A DNA stretch of 63,703 nt, counting the filler, from Octopus bimaculoides (Eukaryota): NCBI RefSeq assembly GCF_001194135.2. It is 4 parts of 4 records of this genome, joined end to end, with 100 filler letters (N's around TTAATTAATTAA, not from the genome) between each part and the next. Parts side by side here need not be neighbours in the genome. Positions count along the whole stretch, not along the records: positions 42,892 to 62,523 come from NC_068982.1; 3 more parts are not named here. One strand, 5' to 3'. Below are positions 47,313-61,656 of this stretch, in pieces (the stretch's first letter is position 1; each line of letters begins with the position of its first letter). A program made the position numbers and the translations under genes. The notes beneath the pieces are model-generated. The model saw nothing but the letters and a program-made list of their open reading frames with translations. It had not been told where the DNA came from and searched no databases.

Positions 47313-48063
47313 AGGCATTACTTGTTTTATCGACCCTAAAAGGATGAAAGGTATAGTCGACCGCGGCGGAATTTGAACTCAGAACGAAAAGACAGACGAG
47401 ATGCCTCTAAGCATTTCGTCCGGCGCGCTAATAATTTTGCCGGCTTACCGCCTAAAATTGTAGTCGTCGTCGTCGTCGTCGTAGTAGTAGTAGTAATTAT
47501 AATCTTTTCTACTACAGGCACAAGGTTTGACTTTTTTAAAAGGAAGAGCTAGTCGATTATATTGACCTCTCCCACCCCAGTACTCAACTGGTACTTATTT
47601 TATCGACCCCGAATGGATGAAAGACAAAAATAATAATACAAACCAACAATCTCTTATTCGCTCTCATACTGCACACTTCAGTAAACACCTTCTAAACACA
47701 AACCAAATATGTGTTTAGCTGCTGAGAATCACACTTGCAACGAACAACCTCTACAACTGCTTTCTTTCTTGTTTTTCATTTTGGTGTTGAGATCAAAATG
47801 GCGTTCATCGATGAAGTTAGAGTGAAGCTTCTGTAGTTTCTTCAATAGTTCTCTTGATCCTCTTTGATGAGTCACTGGTATCGTTTATTCCTCAATAATA
47901 AACTCAAGATCTACGATGATGCTGTGCTCATCATAAAACCCGATCAAACAGTCAATTCACGCAGTTATATCGTTTATACCATCACAAGATAATAAGGCGC
48001 GTTTCATGACTTCAAATATAATTTATGTGATCAAATGATATTAGCTTCAACATATATGACGCT

Positions 48064-48094
<31 letters not shown>

Positions 48095-48154
48095 GCATCC
48101 ACACATGTATATGTATAATATATATATATATATTTATATATATATATATATATG

Positions 48155-48246
<92 letters not shown>

Positions 48247-48898
48247 NNNNNNNNNNNNNNNNNNNNNNNNNNNNNNNNNNNNNNNNNNNNNNNNNNNNNN
48301 NTGATGCTGTGCTCATCATAAAACCCGATCAAACAGTCAATTCACGCAGTTATATCGTTTATACCATCACAAGATAATAAGGCGCGTTTCATGACTTCAA
48401 ATATAATTTATGTGATCAAATGATATTAGCTTCAACATATATGACGCTTATATATATATATACACACACACATAGATACATACGCACACATTATGTTTAT
48501 GGATATAGATTTTATAATTAAACCCAATGATGGGTGTTTATATCGAATATGACATCTAATGTAATAATTTGATAGACGGAAGGAAGTCAATCAATTTAAG
48601 CCCTGTTATTGATTAAAACATTATTGATTTGTAACATTGGCACAAGGTCAGATGTTATGATCGAGTGAAACTCAAGCACTGCAGTTCTTGGGTAATATTT
48701 ATTTTGGGGATGAACCAAGAGAAACCAACGAAACTATTTACGATGAATTTGGAGACTATTGGTATGGAGCGTCGTCTGTCTAGTATCTGTGACCTATGAG
48801 GAGATAACTACTTCAAAATGCTAGCATCTCACAATCTTAGTAGGTGGAGCTGCGAGCTGATCTAGGTGTATACACACCATTTATCAACAAGCGTGATA

Positions 48899-49140
48899 TT
48901 GGGTTGGTGCATAATTACTGCGGCTTTTTTTCAACAAATTTTATTCAATAAAAATAATAACATGTAACAAAAGCATCTTTAAATGATTATTCCGGAGCAT
49001 ATTCACCATCTCCTTCAATTACTGTTTCCCATTTGCTTGGTAGACGGTCAGACCGTCGTTTAAAGACGTTTTTGTTAAATATTGTTATTGTTGAATAAAA
49101 TTTGTTGAAAAAAAAAGCCGCAATAATTATGCACCAACCC
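48899..49140. mobile_element. mariner-derived MITE with long TIRs and TA flanks
   Basis: TA|ttgggttggtgcataattactgcggc.. and ..gccgcaataattatgcaccaaccc|TA. Internal minus-strand remnant DRLPSKWETVIEGDGEYAPE* (mariner C-terminus). Confidence 0.88.
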
Positions 49141-49479
49141 TATGTATTCTCCGTGATAAAACGCAACGTGTAGCTTGTTCCCCGGTTCGAACATGCATCA
49201 AACATATTCAGATTGATAATAATATTGCAACGAGGGTTTGTAATTTTTGTGTTGTTGCTCTTCAATGGAGATTTGAGAAAGACGAAGGTAAATATTGATC
49301 CAGCAGTCAGTGGTATGGTATCCTACCTGCCTTTAAATGGTGAGTAAAGAGAGATGGCGGTGTTATTGGTGATCTGGTTATAGGCAGCAAGTGAAGGATG
49401 ATGGTGTCTTTTTAACTGAGAGTAAAGAACGATGAAGATGTCATAGACTTGGCAGGAAATCAAGTGTAGAGAATGCCTG

Positions 49480-49790
49480 CTATGATGGACATCTTCATTG
49501 CCAGAAATTTACGTTGGTTGGAACAAGTACACAGGATGGACAACAGCAGACGACTTCTTTACTCCCAACAATGCAAAGGAGAAAAGAAGCCATGGGAGAT
49601 CTAGACCGAGACTCAAAGATACTGCAAAAAAAAAAAAAAAAAAAAAAAAGAATATGAAGCGGAAAGGAATTGATCATAATAAATGGTAAACTCAAGCGAA
49701 AAACCAACCAGAATGGAGGAAGCTTATCAAGTCATGCCAAAACCATTGACAGTCAGAGTCGCGACGACTGACTGCAAATAACAAAGGATG
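49480..49790 (+). mobile_element. RTE-clade LINE ORF2 3' fragment
   Basis: Pieces of NLRWLEQVHRMDNSRR..LYSQ..GKR.HGRSRPRLKDTAK..NMK..GID.NKW; frameshifted. Confidence 0.7.
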
Positions 49791-50864
49791 ACGAAGGGTT
49801 AAGCAGCTTGGCAGTCGGCAGTAAACGAGGGGGGTAGTATGCCTTGCCTTTTAAGAGGGTAGAGGATGTTGAACATGATGGTGGTAACCTGAATGGGAGT
49901 AGGGAAATAATGTCGATGTTGCTGTCTAGGCTGTCGGCAGTAAATGAAGGCAACTAATATCTTGACTTTTAACAGAAGTAGAGAAAGAAAATAGAAAGTG
50001 TTAGAGACCTGGTAGCCGACAGTGAACTAACATGGGTCTATAGTTTATCAATCTCTGAAGCAGGGAAAGCGAAGTCATCCCTGGTAGGATTGAACTCAGA
50101 CCAGAATGTCAAAACGTATGTCACTAAATCTCAGTTCTACTATTCCTTCCTCATTTAGCTGTTGTAAAACTGAATGTAGTATTATCTTATATTCTATACT
50201 CAAAATTAGTCATATGACGTGTTGCGAACATAGTTCAGACAATATGGAGTAATATCGGGACATGTTATACTGTTTCAAATATTGTAATTTCATTTTTTAT
50301 TTTCAAATTCCACGGTGAATTAATATTCATGAAATGAATACTAATTTTCAAAATAAATGTATTTGTTAAATTACAATTGAATTAAATTAAGATAAACATC
50401 TTGTTTGTGTAATTTGCAATAAATATATATTGTCAATAACAATATTACTGTTTAACTATTACTTTATTACAGATGTAACATTGACTAATATTACCGACAG
50501 TGGCAAAAGTGTGTTCCCAACATTACCTGTCATATGACAGGTAACACTATAGCTAGCACATGAAAGCCAAAAGAGATAAATCCAACAAAATGGGAACGGA
50601 CAATTAAAGATAGATGGAAGCACACTGTGAACTGTGAATATGAGACGTTTTGGCGCAGCCGTTATGGCGTCGCTAATTCAACACTGACTTATTTGACATC
50701 TGACGTTTTAATGTCTCTCGTTCTTCCTTCATCTCTTACTCTGTTTTATTGTGTGAGTATCTGCTTATGTCTGTATGTATCTGTAATATCCCCCCCTCTC
50801 TCTCTCTCTCTCTCTCTCACTATATTTATCGTACATGTGTGTGCGACTGTTTGTGTGTATGTGT

Positions 50865-51180
50865 GGCTTAGAGGTTAGAATATTCGGTTCACGATCATGA
50901 GGCCGTGAGTTCGATTCCTGGGGCCGCGTTGTGCCCTTCAGTAAGACACATTTTTTTTCACGCTGCTCCAGTCCACTCAGCTGGCAAAAATGAGTAGTAC
51001 CTGTAATTCAAAGGGACCAACCATGTCACATTCTGTGTCACGCTGAATCTCCTTGAAAACTACGTTAAGGGTGGTACGCGTGTATGTGGAGTGCTCGGCC
51101 ACTTGCACATTAATTTCACGAGCAGCAGGCTGTTCCGTTGACCGGGTCGACTGATGTCCTAGTCGTTGTAACCGAGTCAC
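50865..51180 (+). mobile_element. tRNA/CORE-like SINE (family A body)
   Basis: A-box gtggcttagagg, B-box gagttcgattcc, core ttgtgccct..agtaagacac, then the shared 3' body. Confidence 0.8.
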
Positions 51181-52379
51181 GATAATAGATTTCAAAAGTG
51201 TGTCAAAAGGTTGATAATGGAATGAATCCTCAACAAAATAGAACCCAACCCACACGTAAATACGAAATTATTAACAAATTATCCTTTTTTAGTGGTAAAG
51301 TGAGACCTAACATGAACGGCCTGGTAATATCCTGGTTGAAAACTGAAATTTGATATCAAAGACCAGGAAATTAGAATTCCAGAGGTAATTAATAAAGAAA
51401 ATATATACAAAATTTACAAACCCCGTCTGACAACAACGACGGCGACGACGACGACAATTATAATTCTTCCGACAATAGACACGGTGTTTGAAATTCGGCG
51501 GTAAGTGCTTGACAGGTAGTTTATTGTGTCGACCCCGAAACGATGAAAGCAAAGTTGGTGCATGTCAGAGTGTGAACTTAAAGCATACTGAGATAGAAAA
51601 AAAAATGTATCTCAGCATTTTGTCCGACACGCTAACGGATCTGCCAGCTCATATGGTTGTGATGCATATGCCTAGTGTACCCTTATCAGACAGGTAGTCA
51701 TGATGGGTAAATTGGGCTTCGTATATTTGTACCTCAGTGTCACTTTGATGGCATGCACTGCTTTCTCACTCAATAATAATAACTACGACAACAACAACAT
51801 CATCAGTCATGATAATGATGGTGATGATGATGATAATGATTTCTATAATTTGCCATCAGAGCGACGGATGAGGGGGAGAACACAAAGACAGACATATTGT
51901 TATTGTTGTTGTGTTTTCCTTGTACAGACGTAATAGAAAACTCCCAGAATTTTGGATTTTTACCAAGAACAACTAAAACAGAAAATTCCTTTTTGGATGC
52001 TTTTCAAATCAGAAGATTCTGGAACGCGTTCATCGCCTGCTTCTGTATCTCGGGAGACATAAGGTCTAACATTTTTTGACATAATCATATTTTTCTTCTG
52101 TTTTTGATAACATCTAACCAAAGATGGCTTCCAAACAGAAAAACACCTCCTCAAAGAAATAAAACGAATTGGAAATTTCACGCAGAACTGAAAAATAATA
52201 AGTTAAAACGAAAAGAAATTTAATTTGATTTTACAGCAGTCAGATATATTGTACAAAAAACATAGCTAAATCTGATGATATTTAAACGTTTAAAACTTCA
52301 ATTTGAACAAATTGCACGATGCCTCTATTATTTTTAGTCGTCATTCGTTGTCGACGATGACCAAAGACATCATCACGTG

Positions 52380-52600
52380 AGAGAAGAAGATAGGGTAAGG
52401 TGTGCCTGGTTGTGGCCAACCAGTCCGATGCATTCGCGGAAGGGCTCTGGCGCAGACCGGGCTCTGACGGTTTGTTGGGACTGAAGGCAAGGAGTTGGCC
52501 TTGGACTTGTGGAGTTCACGTTTTCTTTGTACCCCTAGAATCTTGTTCTGTTCGTAAGGGTGGCGCTTCTGTCGGTGCAGTTTCATCAGACAGGACAGTC
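52380..52600 (-). mobile_element. RTE/BovB-like ORF2 C-terminal C2H2 remnant
   Basis: Minus strand QRKRELHKSKA...PVCAR and IGLVGHNQAH (C..C.R.f...IGL.sH.r.H). Confidence 0.55.
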
Positions 52601-53199
52601 TTGCGCTTGCGTCCCCCACAAACAACAATAACAACAACATACCCACTTTTTTTCAAAAGAAGTAAAGACACTAAATTCGATTGTTAAAAGTGTTGTTTTG
52701 AGTAATACAAAAGGAAACACCAATTCTTTCGCTAGTATTACTAGCTATGAAGAAGAATTAAATGTGTCCTAACAAAGGAAAAAAGACTACGTCACAGAGG
52801 TTGACGCTTCTCCACGTGATGTCTTTATCCAAAGGCGAGCAAGGTCTAGGCCGCATATCTTCGTAACTCTAAAAATACAAGGGTGTTTTTATGATCCCAA
52901 AGGAAGAACGGAAGGTAGCACTGGCCTATGTGTAGGAGATATATCCATTCCATCAGTCTATGTGAGGCTTGTAGGACCGTATACCTAGCTTCAAAATTGA
53001 GGACAGAGCGAGGAAATATACTGAGCCGATGCGTCACATACCTGACCTTAGGCCAATGTCGCAATATACCTGATGACTTTACATTAGAGCCACGATGAAG
53101 GAAATTAGTGATGGCTTTGTTCTGTTGGTTCATTGTCTTCTCTGTGCCATGGTACGGACTGATGGAAGGATGCATGAGGGACTCGAAACAACATGTGGT

Positions 53200-54900
53200 C
53201 AGAATGCAATTTTATGGACATCAAAATCTAAATGACACCCGAAGACCAATGAACCGTTCCGGAGTTAGTCTCCGTGAAAGGTGCAGAAAGGAAATCAATG
53301 AAAGTGGTGATGCAGGGTCGAAAGCCTAGAAGGCCTAGATGCTACGTATGTGGAAGTAAGGATCATCTGAATTCAGACAACCACAAGAACAACATAAAAA
53401 CTAAAAACGACTAAATTCGCAAACCCAAACGAAAAGGAGTATCAGCTTGAATAGAAACAACAACAACAACAACAACAACAACATCAACAACATCAACAAC
53501 ATCAACAATAAAAGCAACGACAGCAGCAGCTAAAAGCGCTAGTACAACAACAGCCACTACCAGGACAAAGCAAAAAATCAACAAGAACAATCGCAATGAC
53601 AACGACATACAGACAGTACTTTTCTTTACGAAAGCAACGAAGAAATGCAAATAAGAAAGGAAAAACATAAACAAACTCCTGTTAAAGGCGGAGAACGATC
53701 GATTTCTAGGAAGGACCAAACTAGAAGTCGACAAACACTAGTTGCCGGAATTTTTGCGTGACGGGGTTTTAAGGTGAAAGGCGCCTATGTAAAGTTGTAG
53801 GAAACTTTTGGGGAATCTTCAAAATCCTGAATTAGCCAGTTGAGCCAAATGTAAGATAAATGAATTCTTTCTTTCCTTCTTCAGCAAAAATGTCGGTACT
53901 TAGAGTCGATTGGGTCAGCTAGGAAGCAAGGGCACTTTTTTAACGACAACAGATACGCGGACATCAGCGTGAACAGGATTTTCTGCGCAAAAGTTATGCT
54001 TCTTCTCAACAACCACCGCATCTTTCAGTCAACTTATTTGAACATCACAGGCATCCTGCTCAATCCAGGTTGGACGGCTATTACAGAAATGTCTGGAAAT
54101 GTCGAGGTATAGAAGAATTTCCTGGATCCGGATGATAAATCAGTGGTCCTGGTTATGAACAGTAACGAAAGCAATGCGTTTAGACTTGTGGCCATTTATG
54201 CTCCGGGAAATGAAGGGCAGTCAGATATTTTCAAATAGAGCTTATTCTTGAGAACACTCCGATCATTAGTGCTAGTGGGGGGGGGGGGTCTGGAATGGCT
54301 TCAGAGACGCATGCTTGGATGGAATGCGAGTAATCGATAGAAGTGGTGTAAAAACCTTCAAACCTGCTCAGAGAGTTCTGACTGGAACTGACTGGATTCA
54401 CTAAATATTCCAAAGTGACTTTGGACGAGCATCACCGGGTCATCGAGATCGTATCTCGATAGATTATTTATTATGTCATTAGACAAGGAAAGCATAAAGT
54501 GTCCACAATGTTGACTACAGTTATCATGACTTTGTGATCTATATAGCTGACTCCTGTCAATGTATCATGTCTGAGTTAACTGTTAATCACAAACTTATGA
54601 TCCATCTAATTATGGAGCCTTGGTAAGATCCTAAATACAGTGTACTAAACGCTTCGCTCTTGGTACTGAAATTCTAGTGATCCGATTGGTGAACAGTTTA
54701 AGCGGAAGTTGACGGAAGAGAACGATTGTCAACGACTGGTAGTGGGTTCCTGTGAAAGGAGTCGTTAAAGAAGAATCGATAGCATATATCGAAGAATTAT
54801 CGAAAGGGATAATAGATTAGAGGGGAAGGTAGTTAAATTAGAAACGATTAGAAATAGTATCTCAACCGACTTGCTAGCTGCGAAAATGACGAACGACTAT
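53200..54900 (+). mobile_element. Second Tx1/L1-like element, highly degenerate (ORF1 knuckle and APE)
   Basis: RRPRCYVCGSKDHL at about 53330 (cf. RRPKCYLCSSDQHL at about 28730); FLDPD..FRLVAIYAPG at about 54120-54210; SRSYLDR at about 54450. Confidence 0.7.
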
Positions 54901-55653
54901 TCCTTCAATGCGGAACATGAAAAAGAGATGCATCGTGACAACAAAATCCCAATTTGCTCTTTTACAGACCATAATGGCGTGTTATTCGAATACAAGCAAC
55001 AGTCTTCATCCTCTAAATTCATTCACAAAGCACTGGTCGACCCAAGGCTAAGATAAAAGACATCGTTAGAGTGGGACAGAACCCGTAAGCTCAAGGTTAT
55101 GAAGAGAACCGTTTAACCACGCAACCACGCATGCTCCCATATCTCTATTCGTACTGAACACTTTTTCTTAAAGTTGTTTTGAAAATATTTTTAAAATCAA
55201 AACAATAGAACTGGTCGTCCATTGAAAACAATTAGTTTGTTCGATTATTAAATTAATAAATAAACGATGAAGCTGTGAAGCTGACTATTGAGACGTAGAA
55301 GGATAAAAAAAAAAAAGACAACAACAAAGTTATTTAAAAGCAGATGTTTGTTATTTTTTTTTATTGACCTTTGTATTTCGTCGATCGGCAGACATTGTTG
55401 TGACGTGGCAACATGGCTGATAATGTAATTACGTTCACCGACATTTTGTCGAAACTGCTATTTGATTTGTAAATCTAGCTGAATAATTTGAATAAGATAT
55501 CTTCCTCTGCTTTCATATTCGTCTCATATTCAATTAAACAAGCGTTCACTTGTCTCAGAATTCCTCTACCATTAAATGGTGCTGTAGGATCTTCATTTCC
55601 GACACCAAAATCATCTCTAATTCCGTACAACTGTACTAACCCACCACCAACTG

Positions 55654-55705
<52 letters not shown>

Positions 55706-55941
55706 NNNNNNNNNNNNNNNNNNNNNNNNNNNNNNNNNNNNNNNNNNNNNNNNNNNNNNNNNNNNNNNNNNNNNNNNNNNNNNNNNNNNNNNNNNNNNNN
55801 NNNNNNNNNNNNNNNNNNNNNNNNNNNNNNNNNNNNNNNNNNNNNNNNNNNNNNNNNNNNNNNNNNNNNNNNNNNNNNNNNNNNNNNNNNNNNNNNNNNN
55901 NNNNNNNNNNNNNNNNNNNNNNNNNNNNNNNNNNNNNNNNN

Positions 55942-55994
<53 letters not shown>

Positions 55995-56038
55995 CACTTT
56001 ATTTCATTTTTCTTTCTTTCTTCGTTTTTGTTTCTTTC

Positions 56039-56073
<35 letters not shown>

Positions 56074-56328
56074 CACTCATTCTTTTTCTGTCTCAGACAC
56101 TTTCTCTCCACCTCTCTCTTTCACACAGACACACATACACACATACATACACGCGCAAATGCACGTACCGTCGCGTGTGCGATTATGTACTTATATATCT
56201 TGTTTCATTGATACGAATGCGTATGTGCGCGTGTGCGCGTGTGCGTGTGTGTATGTGTATCTTTCTCTATATGTGTGTGCCTGTGGGCGTGTGTGTGTAT
56301 GTATGTATGTATATATATATGTGTGTGC

Positions 56329-56364
<36 letters not shown>

Positions 56365-56533
56365 GCACACATAGAAACGTAGACACACGCACATACACAC
56401 ATATACATACACACACACACATATATATACATATTTGTGTGTGTGTATACGTATATATATATATATGTATATGTATATATACATGCACACATACAAACGT
56501 AGACACACATATATATACATATTTGCGCGTATG

Positions 56534-56597
<64 letters not shown>

Positions 56598-57289
56598 AAT
56601 ATGCGTGTATGTACGCGTCTGTGTATGTATGTGTATGTCTGTGTGTGCATGTATCTGTGTATGTATATGTACGCAGGTGTGTGTCTCTAGCTATTTTACA
56701 ATGAGTCAACGATCCACTCGTGACCACCCCGCCTCACTCCTGCCGTTCCTTCCGCACGATTTACTTCATCTTCTCTAATCTCAGCTAAATACATCTCTCG
56801 TTAAATACACTACGATAACTAAACCGACCACTTACACACACATTAACACTTAGACACACACACACACACGCAGCACATACACGTATGCATACACACGCAC
56901 ACATACACACGCACACACACACACACACACGCAACACATACATGTATTTACACACACATGCACACATATATACACATACACAGTCATACTTACACACACT
57001 CATACACATACACACACATGCACACACATACACACTCACAGATGCACACACACATACACGCACATACACATACACGCACACATAGACGCACGCACAAATA
57101 TCTTTTATCTGTTACATGCTTCAATCATTAGACTGTGGCCATACTGGAGCTCCGTCTTGGGGAATTTTTAGTCGAAAGAATCGAACGGAGTACTTACTTT
57201 TTAAAGCCTAGTACTTAGTTTACTTTTTGTCTTTTGTCGATCCGCTAAGTTACGGAGACATAATCAAACCAATATCGGTTGTCAAGCAG

Positions 57290-59150
57290 TGGTGTTTATA
57301 TTTTCTGTAAACCCCTTGTCATTCATGTTAAGGAAGTCTGAAGGATATCTCTCTGGCTCACCAGGAAACAGAAATACCAAAATTACACACTGTTTCTTCG
57401 TAGATGACTTAAAACTTTATGCAAAGAATATGCATAAGATGAAAAAGAGCCTTGGCCTAGTTACAGCATTCTCAAAAGATGTAGGGCTGGAGTTTGGTCA
57501 GGATAAATGTTGTTACATGATTGTGAAAAGAGGGAAAACTATAAACCAGACTAGTAACATCTCCATCAATGATTTGACTTGTTTTCCCTTGTATCTGACG
57601 AAGAATGTTACAGGTATCTAGGGGTGGATGAGAATATGTCTTACATGTGTTACTAAAGAATATTACAGCAGAATAAAGAAAATTTGAACCTCAGAACTCT
57701 CTGCATTCAATAAAACAGTGACCCACAATGTGTTTGCAGTGCCAGTACTCATACCAACGTTTGGGCTGCTTGACTGAGCACTTGATGAGATCCGAGCCAT
57801 TGATATGAAAACCTGAAAGATAATAACCAGCACACACAATTTCCACATCAACAGTGACGTAGACCGTCTCTACCTAAAACGTAAACAAAGCGGCAGAGGC
57901 TTAACATCGATCCAAAATGCCTTTGAATGTCGCGTCATATCCATTCGGCAACATCTTTTAACCACCAAGAGTCTAAGTGCATCCCTTGACCAAGTTTGCA
58001 TACATGAGGCTGATAACATCATAAGACTTGGAAGGCAGCTCCTTGAGCAACACTCTTTGTCTGATAACCTTGAATGAATGCCCANNNNNNNNNNNNNNNN
58101 NNNNNNNNNNNNNNNNNNNNNNNNNNNNNNNNNNNNNNNNNNNNNNNNNGAAAGGATGAGCCTATACGAGCAGAAGACTATGCATGGATATGTTTGTAGA
58201 AAGCTCCGTGATGATAGTAACATCGATCATCAAAGCAGTTTATCATGGACGAAAGGCCGGATTACTACCTCCCACTTTGAAGGGTATACGTTTGCAATCC
58301 AGGAACAGGAAATATCAACCAAATACCTTATACACAAAAGGGATAGAGATGCAGGAAAAGCAAGAAAATGTGACAATCAATGCAGACTTTGTGGAGTTAA
58401 CACTGAAGATATCACCCACATCATAAGCAGATGTCCGAAAATGTCATCACGGTATTATCTAACGATGAGAGATGATGTCGTAGCTAGGACACAGTATAAT
58501 GAAATCCGTCGGAAGGATAATACCGAAGACAAAGAAATAAAAACCCACAATTTGGTGGAAGCCAAATAAATAAAAAGAGGTACTTGTGGAATGTACCAGT
58601 GAAGACCTCAATAAAATGTAAGCACAACAGACTTGATATAATGATTTGGGATGGAGAAGAGAAACTGTGGTGCAGTTGTGGAAATTCGGTGCCCAGCAGA
58701 TGTTAACATAAAGCTGAAGATCAGTGAAGAAGAGAACACCTATGCTGAACTATTGAGAAATCTACAGTTACTCTATCCAGATTACAAGTTCAGGTTTATA
58801 CCTGTAATTATTGGAGCCCTGGGATATGTAATACACTGCCTAAATACCAATCTTGAGAAATTAGGCCTCTCAAAACCAGAAAAGAGAAATCTAATTCGAA
58901 GACTACAAATCCAGTCCATCAGCGGAACTGTAAACATCTGTAAAACTTTCCAGAAGTTTATCATTTAAATGTATATGAGCATGTCTAGATATGTAACTCT
59001 ATGCATGAGTATACATACATAAAACAAAACATACATACATACATACATACCCTGTTGTTGAAATTCCAGTGAAGGAGCCTTGGATCTAGGTTAGAAACCG
59101 GTTCTTTCTCTATTGGCAAGAAATCTTGAAATGAAACTGAATAATGACAT
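57290..59150 (+). mobile_element. REL-type (R4/NeSL group) non-LTR retrotransposon 3' part
   Basis: FVDDLKLYAK..EFGQDKC (RT), CRLCG..EDITHIISRC (CCHC) and PADVNI..YAELLRNL..IPVIIGALG (REL). The 3' UTR recurs reversed at about 21430-21520. Confidence 0.88.
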
Positions 59151-59191
59151 ACAAACATATATACATGTATGCATGCGTACATACATACATG

Positions 59192-59252
<61 letters not shown>

Positions 59253-60362
59253 CAATTTATGTATATAGCGATTTATAGCCGTTATCTCAACATGTATTAC
59301 TCTCTCTGAAGAGATTCATCTTATAATGATTTTAATTTTATAAATTAATTATATAAAGATTACTGAATCGACACACCTGTCAGAGATGTCATATTTTATA
59401 ATTAATAACTAATATATTATTAATTACCTCTCCATTTTCTCCTTATTCTTTAAATCTATAAATAAATGGACCACGGTTTATATGGTTGCCTTATTGTTGA
59501 ACTTTCTATGGATTCGTAACTAACCAGTAGTTTCATTGGATTTTAGTATCCCTTAATGAGTTTAGAATAGAGGCAGCTGATGAAGGAATAATTCCAAGTG
59601 GCTTGTTTGTTTTCCTATGTGTTCGTTCTGTTATCTGTAAACAATATCCGTTTTGTATTTATGCTCCCGTTCATTTGTCTAACGTCCTGTACCCGAATAT
59701 GCATCTANNNNNNNNNNNNNNNNNNNNNNNNNNNNNNNNNNNNNNNNNNNNNNNNNNNNNNNNNNNNNNNNNNNNNNNNNNNNNNNNNNNNNNNNNNNNN
59801 NNNNNNNAGAGCTCAACTATCAAACTAGTGTTCACCTAGTCACGAAAATACTCTGGTAGAGTTCAGTGCAAAATGTGCGTTACAGCAAAATCTAATTATT
59901 CTAAACGGGTTAATAGGGGTGACAAATGTGAAATTTAGTGTATAAAGTGAATGGAGAGTTGCTCACAGATGAGGCCATAAGTGTTGCTAATTTGTGTAAT
60001 TTAGTAGAAAATGTAAGTGTGTGTAGTTTCCTAATTTTTTTTTTACTGATTTTGTACATTCCTAATCTAAAATGTTGGTGTTGATCTAGAAACATCGTAA
60101 CCAGTATGGCGTTGTGTCGTATTGCGCCCTCCTTGGGTACATGGGTACATGCAGTATCACTAATTTCAGTCTGAGCATAGGTACCTAATGTTAGCTCCAT
60201 ATATAGATGGGGCTCAATTGATCTATGACGATGGTGGTGGGAGGAGGGATGTGGTGCTTATGTGAGACTTGCCATGCTGCACTCACAGAGTGGCATACAC
60301 CATTCTATGACTGACTGGCTGTAATGTAGTAGTACACAGTATGTGAATTTTCAAGGTGATCT

Positions 60363-60430
60363 CTGATTGGCTGTATGCAAATGAGTTCATTACTGGAATC
60401 CGGAACTCTTTTGGGAAAAAAATTTCGCGA
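60363..60430. promoter_or_regulatory. Candidate promoter motif cluster (CCAAT, octamer, ETS, E2F-like)
   Basis: CTGATTGGCT 60363, ATGCAAAT 60375, CCGGAA about 60400, TTTCGCG 60423; locally CpG-rich. Confidence 0.3.
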
Positions 60431-61278
60431 GCCGGCTCAACCCACCCCGGGTGAATACCGCCACAAGTACGGGTAGTACAAAGCAGCAAGCTTACAAGAA
60501 AGACAGAGTGTCATACAGACAGATAAGAATGTTTATTAACGTACGTTTGTTTTGGTCTGGCCTGAAGAAGACGAGGCGAAAGCCATGTTTCCCATTTATT
60601 CAAGCGTTTCATTAAAACAGAGAAACATTCAACGATCACTCGATTCTTTTGACTGAAAATACAATGAAATCAAAGTATTTTAAATTTGAATCTATACGCT
60701 TGGTTTATTGAAGCTGTATTAATAACATCAAATGTGAGACAAAAGAAACCCAATTTATATATTCATATATCATTTAATTTTCTCTAGTACTAAGAACTTA
60801 TTTGAACTGTTAATCAATATAAAGTGCAAAAATCTACTGGATAGAGAGGCTGGGGCATGAAATAACTGTCATGTTTGGTCTTTCATTGAAATTTGTAGCT
60901 GGAATGTTACCGACGCCACAAACGACCAGGACGGCTAATCTTTTTGAACAGTTGGAATTCGGTGAAGACTCATTGACAACAATAGGAATAATATGCAAGA
61001 AAGCAAACATCAGACGACAGCTATTCATTTCCATGAGAGACGCAGACGACCCAAAGATTATAATCATTATTGTTTAAGTCACGAATTTATTAACTTATAA
61101 ATGAAAGGAATTGTTTCAGTTGAGTTTTGGTGAGAAAACTATTCAAGATGTTTTCCGTCATCTTGCTTTTTTTTTTTTGTCCTACGCTCCAGTTTGATTT
61201 TAAAAAAACCTACGCTCCACCATAAACGGACAAAGTATATAGTGATTGTATATATATATGTATGTATGTATACACACA

Positions 61279-61313
<35 letters not shown>

Positions 61314-61598
61314 NNNNNNNNNNNNNNNNNNNNNNNNNNNNNNNNNNNNNNNNNNNNNNNNNNNNNNNNNNNNNNNNNNNNNNNNNNNNNNNNNNNNNNN
61401 NNNNNNNNNNNNNNNNNNNNNNNNNNNNNNNNNNNNNNNNNNNNNNNNNNNNNNNNNNNNNNNNNNNNNNNNNNNNNNNNNNNNNNNNNNNTGGATGCTT
61501 ATTTATTTTTCAAGGCCTAGATCTTATTCTGTCAGTCTCCTTTGCTGAACCCCTAAGTTACAAGGACTTAAACACATCAACCTCGGTTATTAAGCGGT

Positions 61599-61656
<58 letters not shown>

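Noticed and set aside
51928-52079. Good acceptor (ttttccttgtacag) followed by a ~50-codon open frame
   Set aside because: No recognisable domain, no matching donor or neighbouring exons, and it sits among repeats.
60555-60600. CTGAAGA..GCGAAAGCC as a hammerhead ribozyme
   Set aside because: Stem II and stem III pairings do not close around a valid NUH site.
60834-61077. Overlapping short ORFs on both strands in unique sequence
   Set aside because: No motif or convincing splice sites; length is within chance expectation.
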